Positions 29,423 through 38,262 of a DNA stretch of 64,000 nt are shown here, piece after piece. Source of the stretch: a virus. The first letter of the stretch is position 1. Each line of letters begins with the position of its first letter. The stretch is taken from positions 55,398-119,397 of IMG/VR virus record IMGVR_UViG_3300042862_000066; one strand, written 5' to 3'. Both the position numbers and the translations under genes were made by a program. The notes below the pieces were generated by a model that was not told the DNA's origin, made no database searches, and worked only from the letters and a program-made list of their open reading frames with translations.

Positions 29423-29676
29423 TATTTCTCTTTCTTAAGAGTTCGTGGAGCAGTAGGTTCTTTAGGACCTTCAGCTGGTGATTCAGGAGCAGGAGCTAAA
29501 ATCTGAGCAGCGCGCATCTGTGCTACTAAAGCACGTAGACGTTGTTCTTCGATATCAGCAATTAGGGTTTCGTACTTTAACTGTACGATTAACATTTCAG
29601 ATTGTTCAGCAAATGATGCGATCAATTCTTGTTTTTTAGCAGCCATTTCTTCTGCTGAAACTTGTTGGTTTTCCAT
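29422..29676 (-). CDS. Small coiled-coil hypothetical protein
   Basis: Start MENQQVS at 29676, downstream of a TATATTTG promoter. Confidence 0.55.
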   Translation of the reverse strand: MENQQVSAEEMAAKKQELIASFAEQSEMLIVQLKYETLIADIEEQRLRALVAQMRAAQILAPAPESPAEGPKEPTAPRTLKKEK

Positions 29677-29698
29677 GTCTAACTTATTTAGGTTTAGA

Positions 29699-29706
29699 CA
29701 AATATA
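29699..29706 (-). promoter_or_regulatory. Bacteroidota -7 promoter element (TATATTTG) with upstream TTG
   Basis: Minus strand reads TGTTGTAAGTTTAAACTTTTTACATATATTTG; probably drives the terminase-portal operon. Confidence 0.65.
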
Positions 29707-29797
29707 TGTAAAAAGTTTAAACTTACAACATTTAAACAAAAAAAAGACCCGCTAGCAGATCTTACGGTATGCTAGGCGGGTACCTAATACTTAAGAG

Positions 29798-30151
29798 TTA
29801 AGCTCGTTTACCGTCTTCTTCTCTCTTAGCCTTTATATATCCTGTTAACTCTGCAATGTTAGTACTCAACTGAGTCATGTGCGTAGTAAGGTTATCCATC
29901 TTTAGATCAAGCTTCTCGTGAGCAGCTTTCTGATCTTCTTTAAGTATTTCCATTCTATTATAGATGCTTGTTTCTTTGGCCATAAGATCTGTTTCTAGGG
30001 AGTCCATGTCACTTGCGAGTTTATCTACTTTCCCTTTCAACTTCCCTAGTTCCTGCTTAAGAGCATAATATGCTGATAAACCTGCACCTATTGTCATCAC
30101 TATCCAGATAACATCTTTAGTGGTAAATACCCACGCTTCTGCTGATCCCAT
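29798..30151 (-). CDS. Single-TM coiled-coil protein (holin/XhlA-like candidate)
   Basis: N-terminal hydrophobic segment VIWIVMTIGAGLSAYYAL followed by heptad repeats. Confidence 0.4.
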   Translation of the reverse strand: MGSAEAWVFTTKDVIWIVMTIGAGLSAYYALKQELGKLKGKVDKLASDMDSLETDLMAKETSIYNRMEILKEDQKAAHEKLDLKMDNLTTHMTQLSTNIAELTGYIKAKREEDGKRA

Positions 30152-30702
30152 TATAATTTCTTTAGAGGGTTGATAATGGCTGGTCCTATAGAAAGTGTTG
30201 TTCCTACATTATTTAATGTTGCAGCAAAAATAATATATATCGGTTGCGTAATATCAAAAATAGTCGAGTTCGTATATCCACCAGGTAATGTTGCTGTTGA
30301 AGTATTTTGCACATTAGTATTACTTGTAATACGAGTCATAGCATTAGCCGCACCCCCTGATGTAGAATTAATACCAAAGGCATAAGCTGTGGTACCGCTT
30401 GAAGCTGCGGCACTTAGTCCACCACCTAATTGAATAGGACTACCTGATAAATTAGTAGTATTGTTCATATAAACCAGCATGCTTGTAGCACCTGTTCCCG
30501 CATAGTTTATAGCTGCTTCTACACTTCCAAAATCTTTATTTCCTACATTCCAATAATTACCAATCGTTAACGTATTAGCAGGTATAGTTAAAATCTTTAC
30601 AATAGTTTGGGCTACTGTTCCTGTAAAAGCTACGAATGCTGTGTTAGATACGGCAGCTATAGGTAACTGATTAATAGATGGTATTTGTATTTGCGTACTC
30701 AT
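30151..30702 (-). CDS. Putative fibre/appendage protein
   Basis: Thr/Gly/Ala-rich beta-type composition; TIPANTL and FDITQPIYIIFA. Confidence 0.45.
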   Translation of the reverse strand: MSTQIQIPSINQLPIAAVSNTAFVAFTGTVAQTIVKILTIPANTLTIGNYWNVGNKDFGSVEAAINYAGTGATSMLVYMNNTTNLSGSPIQLGGGLSAAASSGTTAYAFGINSTSGGAANAMTRITSNTNVQNTSTATLPGGYTNSTIFDITQPIYIIFAATLNNVGTTLSIGPAIINPLKKL

Positions 30703-30704
30703 AA

Positions 30705-31646
30705 TTATGCAAGTGTTATAATTATTAACTCAGCTCCCGCAGTTGTGGTACTATAAGTTATTGCAGCTAAGGTATTGTTAATAGCGCCTGCATCAAAATT
30801 TAATGATTCACCTGGCTTAAGGGTAATACCACCAACTGTTGCATCAGCGGTTCCTACACTAGCAAACGATGCTGAATATTTACCTGCAGTTATAGTACCC
30901 GATGTACCAGTAGGTCTAAGGAATGCAGGAGTTCTTTGAACACCTGCTTGATCACTAGCAAGGGCAACTGATATAGAGTTAGCCATTGTCTGCTGACCCT
31001 CATTAGGTAATGAAGATATTGCTACAGAGGGTAATGATGATACCGCTACGGTGCCGTCTACAGTAATAGAACCTCCACCATCTGAAATATTAACGTGTCC
31101 ACTTGCATTTACCTCAATAGTTTGCTGAATTCCACCAGCTGTAACACCTGCTACAAGAAAAGAATTTGGAGGTGCTGTAACCCCATCTGTTCCTACACAA
31201 TTATCTATAAGTTGAACACTAGTTTCAATATCAGTAAGAATAGCATTACCTGCTTGAATAGCTCCTAATATAAGTGCTAATACAGCAGAAGGATCTGCAT
31301 ATACTAAACATCCTGGAGTAGCTGCCCCTGGAGGAACTACAGGTGTTGTACTACCTGGTAGATAGTATGTAATCGGACCCCAGGTAGATGTATCAGGATT
31401 CCATATCCTTACCTCTAAATATACCGTATCACTATTACAAGTATCTACTGTAAATTTAGCTTCATACTCTGTACTAGCTTGAAGTGTAGTAAGTATTGAT
31501 GAAAGTATAAATTCTACATCATCGGTATTAGCATCAATAATTTTAAGTTGATCACAAGTACATTGAAGTCCTTGTAATACTTTTAACTCGTAGTTAAAGT
31601 TAGAGCCTTTATCTCCTTCTTTTGGGTTTCCGTTTCCTAGTGACAT
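30705..31646 (-). CDS. Putative fibre/appendage protein
   Basis: 313 aa; ISDGGGSITVDGTV and GQQTMANSISVALASDQ fibre-like motifs. Confidence 0.5.
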   Translation of the reverse strand: MSLGNGNPKEGDKGSNFNYELKVLQGLQCTCDQLKIIDANTDDVEFILSSILTTLQASTEYEAKFTVDTCNSDTVYLEVRIWNPDTSTWGPITYYLPGSTTPVVPPGAATPGCLVYADPSAVLALILGAIQAGNAILTDIETSVQLIDNCVGTDGVTAPPNSFLVAGVTAGGIQQTIEVNASGHVNISDGGGSITVDGTVAVSSLPSVAISSLPNEGQQTMANSISVALASDQAGVQRTPAFLRPTGTSGTITAGKYSASFASVGTADATVGGITLKPGESLNFDAGAINNTLAAITYSTTTAGAELIIITLA

Positions 31647-31660
31647 AGTTTTATAATTTT

Positions 31661-31843
31661 TTAAGCTTCTCTTGAAGCATCTTGAGGATTTGCATAAAGA
31701 TTTAACTTTGCCCGTGTATCAGGCTCTACCTTATCCTGATAACAAGTTGGTTTATTTCCAGGTTTAGGAGTACTGCATCCTGCAGATTTCATACCAGGTA
31801 CACTGTTATAATATTCTTCTAATGATCCTTTTCTTAATGACAT
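31661..31843 (-). CDS. Small hypothetical protein
   Basis: 60 aa ORF with AT-rich leader, co-oriented. Confidence 0.45.
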   Translation of the reverse strand: MSLRKGSLEEYYNSVPGMKSAGCSTPKPGNKPTCYQDKVEPDTRAKLNLYANPQDASREA

Positions 31844-31857
31844 ATGTTTAAGTTTTA

Positions 31858-32508
31858 TTAGTTAAAGTAAGCTAGTGTTTGGTCAGACATAAACTCAATA
31901 TCTATGTATGCTATGCCTACCCAAGATGCTCCAGCAGTTGCTACAATGGATACAAAGTAGTCATCAAGACCTGCTATTGTATTATCCAGTACAATCGTTG
32001 CAAATGTAAGTGGTATAGCTGCTCCTGTACTTGCGTTTTTTACTAAAGCGTTTACTGTAAACTTACCAGATACTCCATTATATGTAGTTACGCCAAGAGC
32101 GCCAATCACACTAGCATCATTAATTAATCTAAGTCTAGTATCTCCTGATATTACACCAATTAGGTATGAATAAGATGATTGACCTATCCCATTAAAGTTT
32201 ACAATACCACCTAATTTATAAGTGTTAAGTAGGTCACCATTATCAGTTGTAATAGTATCAGGTAACTGTATAAAATCACTTTCTGCTTCTGGATCTAATA
32301 TACCCGTTACATAGTTCATTTGAGTACCTGGAGCAGGTACTATAGATGCAGCAAAATCTTCTACGGTCATACCATAAGACTGGTACTTGTCTCCGCGTTT
32401 AGCGTAAGATACATTGTTACCAAGAATTACAAGATCTTGTGTAGGATCTTGTACTGTAGTTTTTACTAGTTTGTTTTTGAGTAGGTATACCCAGTTTAAT
32501 ATATCCAT
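31858..32508 (-). CDS. MDILNW-family fibre paralog 3
   Basis: Shared N-terminus MDILNW...KRGDKYQSYGM. Confidence 0.6.
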   Translation of the reverse strand: MDILNWVYLLKNKLVKTTVQDPTQDLVILGNNVSYAKRGDKYQSYGMTVEDFAASIVPAPGTQMNYVTGILDPEAESDFIQLPDTITTDNGDLLNTYKLGGIVNFNGIGQSSYSYLIGVISGDTRLRLINDASVIGALGVTTYNGVSGKFTVNALVKNASTGAAIPLTFATIVLDNTIAGLDDYFVSIVATAGASWVGIAYIDIEFMSDQTLAYFN

Positions 32509-32509
32509 G

Positions 32510-33061
32510 TTAGTTATTTATTGTGTAAAGTTCATAATAAACGTACAAATCACCATCCCAGTTATTAACCCCAGCTATTGTAGGATTAGCGTTATAAAGA
32601 TTAAACTCTAATCCGTTTGAAACTCCTGTAGCAATTAAATGAGGGATAACATTATCAGTTATAGTGTTTTTGTAATACACTGAGTATTGTACATATACGT
32701 TATCTCTGTTAGTTATAGTAAGGTCTAGATCTGGATTATCAATCAAGAAAGAAACTGAACTAGCATAAGCTGCACCAGGAGTTAAAGGAGCAGATGTTCC
32801 CATATTGGCAATATCAATAATACCACGGGCAGTAGTTACTGTTACAACGCTAGTAGCTGCAATATCTAACTCATAGTGAGCCGTATTAGCAATGAGACCT
32901 GCTTCAATAAAATCTTGTGTAGGCATTGCATAAGATTGATACTTATCTCCCCGCTTTTGGAAGGATACATCAGCACCAAGCACTAGTAAGTCTTGTGGAC
33001 TATCTAGTGTGGTTCTGATTAAGTTTTGTTTCTTTATGCCTAGCCAGTTAAGGATGTCCAT
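32510..33061 (-). CDS. MDILNW-family fibre paralog 2
   Basis: Shared N-terminus MDILNW...KRGDKYQSYAM. Confidence 0.6.
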   Translation of the reverse strand: MDILNWLGIKKQNLIRTTLDSPQDLLVLGADVSFQKRGDKYQSYAMPTQDFIEAGLIANTAHYELDIAATSVVTVTTARGIIDIANMGTSAPLTPGAAYASSVSFLIDNPDLDLTITNRDNVYVQYSVYYKNTITDNVIPHLIATGVSNGLEFNLYNANPTIAGVNNWDGDLYVYYELYTINN

Positions 33062-33070
33062 ATTAGTCTA

Positions 33071-34009
33071 TTAAGATGGGTAAACTCGAATTTCTAGGTT
33101 CATACCGTTAGTACCCATTATTCCATTTGTAAGGGATCCGGAACTATTGTAAACATTTAACCATACTTGAGAACCATCAAAAACAGATGATACATAACCA
33201 GCACTAGCACCACCTAAGTTTCCATCATTTCCTTTAGTTGCAAATACTACAATTCTATGGTTAGGAATTCCAACGTAACTAGGATTAAATAGAAGAAATT
33301 GTCCAGGATTAAACGTAGAAATTGTCCAAGTACCTGCAGTTGTGTTTTCTTTTACTGTTACTGTAGGTGTAGCGCTCCCTACCTGAAAAACACGAGCTAT
33401 ATAAACAAGTGCGGATCCTGCTCCTCCTGGTGTTCCTTGAGGAATACCTAAGTTCAAAGTTTGAATAGGGGATGATCCAGTAATAGTTGCCGTAGCACTA
33501 GAACCTGCTGCTAATGTAGTTACACTTCCTATAGATAATACGTTACTTGGACCAGAAGCACCAGTTGGGCCTTGTAATCCAGTAGCACCTGTAGCTCCAG
33601 TAGCTCCTTGTGCAGCAAGTAATGCCCATTTTGTAGGATCCGCTGAAGGTACAGTAGCGGTAGGACCTACGTTAGCAATACAGAACCATGATGCTCCACC
33701 GTAACCTACTGCGTCATCTATTACATAAGTTCCTGAGGCAGACCATGCTCCTTGCCAGTTTAATCCGGCAGGACCCACAGGACCGGGTGCACCAGCAGCA
33801 CCAGCTACACCAGCAACTCCTTGAGGACCGGTAGGACCAGCGGGTAAGGTTGCAGCAAAATCATTAATTTCCATTGCGTAGTTTTGATAAATATCGCCAC
33901 GCTTATTAGCACCTACTTTAGCACCAAAGATCATTAAGTCTTTGTTGTTATCAATAGTAGTACGTACAAATTTGTTTTTAGCTAGATATAGCCAGTTTAG
34001 AATGTCCAT
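33071..34009 (-). CDS. MDILNW-family fibre paralog 1 with collagen-like G-X-Y repeats
   Basis: GPTGPQGVAGVAGAAGAPGPVGPAG and GATGATGATGLQGPTGASGPS flanking a WQGAWS...DAVGYGGASW module. Confidence 0.75.
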   Translation of the reverse strand: MDILNWLYLAKNKFVRTTIDNNKDLMIFGAKVGANKRGDIYQNYAMEINDFAATLPAGPTGPQGVAGVAGAAGAPGPVGPAGLNWQGAWSASGTYVIDDAVGYGGASWFCIANVGPTATVPSADPTKWALLAAQGATGATGATGLQGPTGASGPSNVLSIGSVTTLAAGSSATATITGSSPIQTLNLGIPQGTPGGAGSALVYIARVFQVGSATPTVTVKENTTAGTWTISTFNPGQFLLFNPSYVGIPNHRIVVFATKGNDGNLGGASAGYVSSVFDGSQVWLNVYNSSGSLTNGIMGTNGMNLEIRVYPS

Positions 34010-34101
34010 GATTAGATTAGATTAATGGATTAGTATATAGTATAATATAAGAAGTATCTGTAGGATAACCAAATTATTCTTTTGGCTCTTCATATTGTTG
34101 T

Positions 34102-34338
34102 TTATTTGTTATAAATTGTGAAGGCCGTACCTGGGTCTGTTTCAAGCAAAGATATAAAATATTCTAGCTTAGAAACGTCTTGAAAATCTTTTATCATTAT
34201 GGCATGTTCAGGAAGGCCTCGGACAAATGATCCGTCCTCAGCCTGCTCATCTGATAAGATAAACATTGTGGAGTTAGTATCAACATTAGTGATTACCCAA
34301 TCTCCGTTTTCAATTTGGTTGTAACTATAGTTTATCAT
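34102..34338 (-). CDS. Small hypothetical (possible fibre chaperone)
   Basis: 78 aa, ATGA overlap with the upstream fibre gene. Confidence 0.4.
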   Translation of the reverse strand: MINYSYNQIENGDWVITNVDTNSTMFILSDEQAEDGSFVRGLPEHAIMIKDFQDVSKLEYFISLLETDPGTAFTIYNK

Positions 34339-35015
34339 ATTGCATATTTAAAACTTCCTGTTGACAATGTTCCACTAGAGGTAGCTCCAGCTACAAAAGG
34401 ATTGCTAGCTACTACTGTAAGTCTTTGGTTAGTTGTAAAACTAACTGTTGCCGAGTTATCTGTATATGTTCCAGCAGCTGATCCGGCCGCAATTGTGACA
34501 ACTGGTCCAAATGTACTTGTATCTGTATTAGCTATTTTTACATATACTGTAGATGTTGGGGCAACTTGAGCTGCACGTAAAATTACAACTAAAGTTGAGG
34601 CAGTCCCTGCTGGCATTGGGTATCCTGGAAGGAAAGCATTGGCAGCTGACCCATATTGTGTAGATACTGTTGCAGGTGATACAGGAGTTCCCCCTAAATA
34701 CACCCCGTAAAACAATGATACGTTAGGGACTGCAAAGCTATTCATGTTAAATACATAAACAGTTGAGCTTGATGCTGTGTATTGAGGAACATTAAGAGTG
34801 GCTCCAACTAAAGTAGCAGCACCACTGGTTCCAGTTGTAGTTAATGTAATTGCATTTTGTTTAGCATTAAGAGCAGTTTGTAAATCTGTTTGTAAAGCTA
34901 GAGTACCTGTAATACTACCCCAGGCTACTGATGTGGGGGAAGATACAATAAGATCATATATCTCCTGAAGTCTTTCAAGAGTAAGATTCTCAAACCTATT
35001 GTTAATAGTAGCCAT
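34335..35015 (-). CDS. Putative tail/head fibre protein
   Basis: WGSITGTLALQTDLQTALNAKQ and LTTTGTSGAATLVGATLNVPQY are fibre motifs common in Bacteroidota phages. Confidence 0.65.
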   Translation of the reverse strand: MATINNRFENLTLERLQEIYDLIVSSPTSVAWGSITGTLALQTDLQTALNAKQNAITLTTTGTSGAATLVGATLNVPQYTASSSTVYVFNMNSFAVPNVSLFYGVYLGGTPVSPATVSTQYGSAANAFLPGYPMPAGTASTLVVILRAAQVAPTSTVYVKIANTDTSTFGPVVTIAAGSAAGTYTDNSATVSFTTNQRLTVVASNPFVAGATSSGTLSTGSFKYAI

Positions 35016-35017
35016 TA

Positions 35018-35077
35018 CTATATAGCTTGTTTAATCTTCTGTAATAGTTCTAATACCATTAATTGAAACTTGCTCAT
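35018..35077 (-). CDS. 19-aa micropeptide MSKFQLMVLELLQKIKQAI
   Basis: TAATG coupling to the upstream gene and TAGTAATG junction to the downstream gene. Confidence 0.5.
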   Translation of the reverse strand: MSKFQLMVLELLQKIKQAI

Positions 35078-35520
35078 TAGATCTGTACAAATGTGTTAGT
35101 TACGTACCAGCTATCTATATTAGTAGGATTAGCCATTAGCGTAGCAGCCCCAAGATCTCCAGGTACCGCAGTAGATGGTGATACAAGTAATATACTAGCG
35201 TAAGCACCTTCATCAATTTGAGCAGCTGTAGATGGTACTATATTAACATCATCATCAGATGTATTCTTTACAGTAATAGTCTGACCAAGTAAACTATTTA
35301 CACTTGGTAAATAGAAAGTAAATGTACCTCCTGTGGTAGGACCTACTATATTAAAGTAAGTAACGTAACTACCTAAGGTAGCACAACTTAGAGTATAAGT
35401 AGTAATACCTTCAGCAAAGGGATTTATAGTAATTACTAGTGGAGCACCTGTAGGTCTTGGTTCCGGATCAGGTATTCTAAATATATTCTCCGCAAAAAAG
35501 TTGTTAGGAGGTATTGCCAT
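35077..35520 (-). CDS. Putative fibre/beta-rich structural protein
   Basis: FTFYLPS...GQTITVKNTS...IVP...QID motif. Confidence 0.5.
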   Translation of the reverse strand: MAIPPNNFFAENIFRIPDPEPRPTGAPLVITINPFAEGITTYTLSCATLGSYVTYFNIVGPTTGGTFTFYLPSVNSLLGQTITVKNTSDDDVNIVPSTAAQIDEGAYASILLVSPSTAVPGDLGAATLMANPTNIDSWYVTNTFVQI

Positions 35521-35810
35521 TACTTAAGTCTTTTATTAGTTCCTTTTCCATTACGAGCGCGGTTAGTAGAGGAAGATTCCTTTACTAGTTTTCCGGCTTT
35601 GGTATGAGACATGTCTTTACCATCTTTATTTCCGTATGTCTTAGCTTTGCGATTAGCGCTATTTAAATTTTCACGGTAGTTAACTCTACTAGGATCAGAA
35701 TGATACTCCTTGTTATAGGCGTTCTTCTTAGCCCGAGAATCTGGGTTAGCAGCAAAGTACTTTGCAGACTTAGACTTACCTGTGGATTTTCCAGCTAGAC
35801 TATTTCTCAT
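35520..35810 (-). CDS. Small basic protein with degenerate HNH-like motif
   Basis: DGKDMSHTKAG...SSSTNRARN; TATCTTTG promoter at 35815-35822. Confidence 0.5.
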   Translation of the reverse strand: MRNSLAGKSTGKSKSAKYFAANPDSRAKKNAYNKEYHSDPSRVNYRENLNSANRKAKTYGNKDGKDMSHTKAGKLVKESSSTNRARNGKGTNKRLK

Positions 35811-35934
35811 ATATCAAAGATACAATAATTTTAGTGGCAGCACAAAAAAAAGTAGGGCCTACATTACGAGCGCGATTCTATCCCAAGATAAAAAGCGTTT
35901 GGAGTAACGTAGACCCTATTAGTTAAGGTACTTC

Positions 35935-36225
35935 TTAGTAGACGATTGCTACAGCATGGTCTAGGACCATCATGTAGTCAACTCCATCTAAGCGAACTAA
36001 TTCAGCATTAGCTAACATGCTCGCGTTAATGTAAACCTCATCGGTAGGTTTGATATCTACAACCTCGGAGCCAACTGCAAATACAGTAAGGCGAGTCCAT
36101 TTGGTCATAATCTCTTTATCTAACTCTGCCTGAACCTCAGGGGTAATCTCGATAAGGGACTTTGTTTCAGATACCGGCTTGGTAACTAAGATGCGTTTAC
36201 CGCGTAATTCTTTAAATGCTGACAT
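35935..36225 (-). CDS. groES: GroES-like co-chaperonin
   Basis: LRGKRILV...ETKSLIEI...VFAVGSEVVDIKPTDEVY...LDGVDYMMV..HAVAIV follows the Cpn10 pattern; promoter TATATTTG at 36248-36255. Confidence 0.7.
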   Translation of the reverse strand: MSAFKELRGKRILVTKPVSETKSLIEITPEVQAELDKEIMTKWTRLTVFAVGSEVVDIKPTDEVYINASMLANAELVRLDGVDYMMVLDHAVAIVY

Positions 36226-36267
36226 ATGTTTATTGGTTTAGCTGTGACAAATATATACAAGAATTTG

Positions 36268-36468
36268 TTACGGGCAAGAATTTTTTTTATGCTCCCGCCA
36301 TTCCATATAGAATCCAATAGCTACTATAAGGTTCATACCTATAGAAGAAAGTATCTCTACTAGATCATCATAGACATTAATACTAAGGTGGATGTGCCCA
36401 ACTGTCCAGAAAGGAATAGCTAGGTTAGAGGATATCCACCTTAGGGTATAGGTAATAAACTGTAGCAT
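36268..36468 (-). CDS. Small membrane protein
   Basis: Start MLQFITY at 36468 just after TATATTTG (36476-36483); hydrophobic segments. Confidence 0.5.
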   Translation of the reverse strand: MLQFITYTLRWISSNLAIPFWTVGHIHLSINVYDDLVEILSSIGMNLIVAIGFYMEWREHKKNSCP

Positions 36469-36529
36469 CTCGTAACAAATATAGCGTAAAATTGTTACCA
36501 CACTATAGTATGATATAACAGTCAAAACC

Positions 36530-37420
36530 CCTAGTTTTTCTGGTTAATGCATAGTATAACATACTTTAATGTGGTTTATAGGGAACAAAAAACCTGGTTC
36601 TTATACCCTCTAAGGGATGTTATCATGTGTAGAGAGTATGTCCCGTACCTTCCCGGGTACGTTTCATAGTATAGATGTCAGGATAAACCTGGCACCATTG
36701 ATATGAGATAGATGTTATAAACCACATCTGTCACAAATATGTTAAACTTTTGTGACAAGCTTGATGGGTACTGGAGGGGTACTTGTACGGTTACTTGTGC
36801 GGTACTTAGTCGCAAGTATAGTAGACTTTTGCGACAGCTATAGTAGAAAATAATCTACAGAATGAGGCTTATAGTGGAAAATAATCCCCAAGGGGTATGC
36901 GCTAATCCGCCATTACTGGAAAATTCTAGGAGTATTGGCGAACTATAGAATGCCAAACTCCGTAACAAAACATGGACAAACTCGGAAGTTCCCCGAATTA
37001 CCCCCTATAATTTTGCATGAATTTTTCCAGAAATTACATGCTCCGGCATATAAGAATACCATATACCCCATATCTATACGTAGGGACATATAAGAATGTC
37101 AAGTTTATTGCACAAAAAACTGGACATCCCTACCTAGGGACAACATATCCCCAGGGGGAACTAGACAATTCACCTACCCCCGGTAGTAAGGTTCACTGGG
37201 ATACCCCCGGGGGAGAATGGAGGTAGGGGATTTATACCGTAAGAGAGGGGGTAAGGGATCCCTATTGAAAAATCCCCCAGCTTCAAAGCCAAAGGGGGCT
37301 ACCCCCCTTGATTCTAAAAGACTTTGCTAAAACAGTTCTCTCACATTTTATTTTATCGTGGTAGAAAAAAAAAGCATCGGGGATGCCCATCTCTGATGGG
37401 AATAACTAACTTAATACATT
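36530..37420. other. Non-coding divergence zone between late (-) and early (+) arms; candidate origin / genome terminus / early promoter region
   Basis: Coding strand switches here; no convincing ORF; GGTACTT repeats and several CCCC/GGGG hairpins. Confidence 0.5.
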
Positions 37421-37426
37421 AACATC

Positions 37427-37840
37427 GTGAACAACACCATCCTTCCTGGCTTCGGCCACAAGCAAACTGTGATCAACAACCTAGTGATTGACAGTACTAC
37501 TATTAGAACGGCCTATAAGAGCCCTCTATACTATGCGTATGACCATATGATTCACTACGGTATAATGCCTGCGCATACGATGAAGCAGATGACTGCTAAC
37601 CGTAAGACGTATAAGAACTACGTGATATTCGGTTGGGCAACTACGGATACAACAGTAGCAGGTAAAGTACGTGATGCAGTATTAGATGCGAAAGCAATGA
37701 TATTGGATATGGAATCTGCAAAGATTAAGATGCGTAACCCTAACTACGAACCAATCTGGTTGTCTATGGCGAAGCATCGCGAAGCAGTGCAAGAGCGTAA
37801 GAATCGAGAGATGCTTAACAACGACGACTTGCCATTCTAA
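37427..37840 (+). CDS. Early hypothetical protein with DDLPF C-terminus
   Basis: First + strand gene; followed by a terminator. Confidence 0.55.
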   Translation: MNNTILPGFGHKQTVINNLVIDSTTIRTAYKSPLYYAYDHMIHYGIMPAHTMKQMTANRKTYKNYVIFGWATTDTTVAGKVRDAVLDAKAMILDMESAKIKMRNPNYEPIWLSMAKHREAVQERKNREMLNNDDLPF

Positions 37841-37850
37841 CTAACTGACA

Positions 37851-37879
37851 GGAAAGGGGCGTTATGCCCTTTTCTTTTT
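37851..37879 (+). terminator. Intrinsic terminator (repeat copy 1)
   Basis: GGAAAGGGGC GTTAT GCCCTTTTC TTTTTT. Confidence 0.8.
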
Positions 37880-37901
37880 TAATTAACTAATCTTAAATCC
37901 T

Positions 37902-38111
37902 ATGAAAAAAGCAGTAATGAACGATGCGGTATTCATCGCACTAATGGTATGTAATGCCTTATCAGTAACTCTTATGTATCTGTGCTTAACAGATGATAAG
38001 ATAAACGAAGAGGGCCGTTGGTTCACAGCGGGTATCGGAGCAGTAACCTTCCTAATGACATGGGCCCTAGTATGGGTAGACAGAAAGGAGGCGAACGATG
38101 AAAAACGATAA
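37902..38111 (+). CDS. Small two-TM membrane protein
   Basis: Two hydrophobic helices. Confidence 0.55.
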   Translation: MKKAVMNDAVFIALMVCNALSVTLMYLCLTDDKINEEGRWFTAGIGAVTFLMTWALVWVDRKEANDEKR

Positions 38112-38214
38112 GATAGACAAAGTACTAGACCAGGTTTCCCCATTCGTTTGGGGAACCTATGGTATAGTAATGGTAATCTTTATCGTGAAGGTAATCGTAT
38201 GGTTATGTAGATAA
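38098..38214 (+). CDS. 38-aa membrane microprotein, not in ORF track
   Basis: MKNDKIDKVLDQVSPFVWGTYGIVMVIFIVKVIVWLCR*, ends just before the terminator. Confidence 0.5.
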   Translation: MKNDKIDKVLDQVSPFVWGTYGIVMVIFIVKVIVWLCR

Positions 38215-38219
38215 CTAAT

Positions 38220-38248
38220 GAGAAGGGGGCAATGCCCTCTTCTTTTTT
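38220..38248 (+). terminator. Intrinsic terminator (repeat copy 2)
   Basis: GAGAAGGGGGC AAT GCCCTCTTC TTTTTT. Confidence 0.8.
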
Positions 38249-38262
38249 AATTAATAACACTT

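Noticed and set aside
7338-34569. Plus-strand ORFs within the late arm (e.g. 7338, 13468, 18602, 21008, 21651, 24823, 25580, 30170, 34315)
   Set aside because: Antisense shadows of well-supported minus-strand genes with no motifs or leaders
31858-35520. Diversity-generating retroelement acting on fibre genes
   Set aside because: No reverse transcriptase, and no TR/VR pair differing at adenines noticed in the window
37017-37226. 69-aa ORF in the divergence zone
   Set aside because: Overlaps the G/C hairpin cluster, has atypical composition and lacks the A-rich leader; probably spurious
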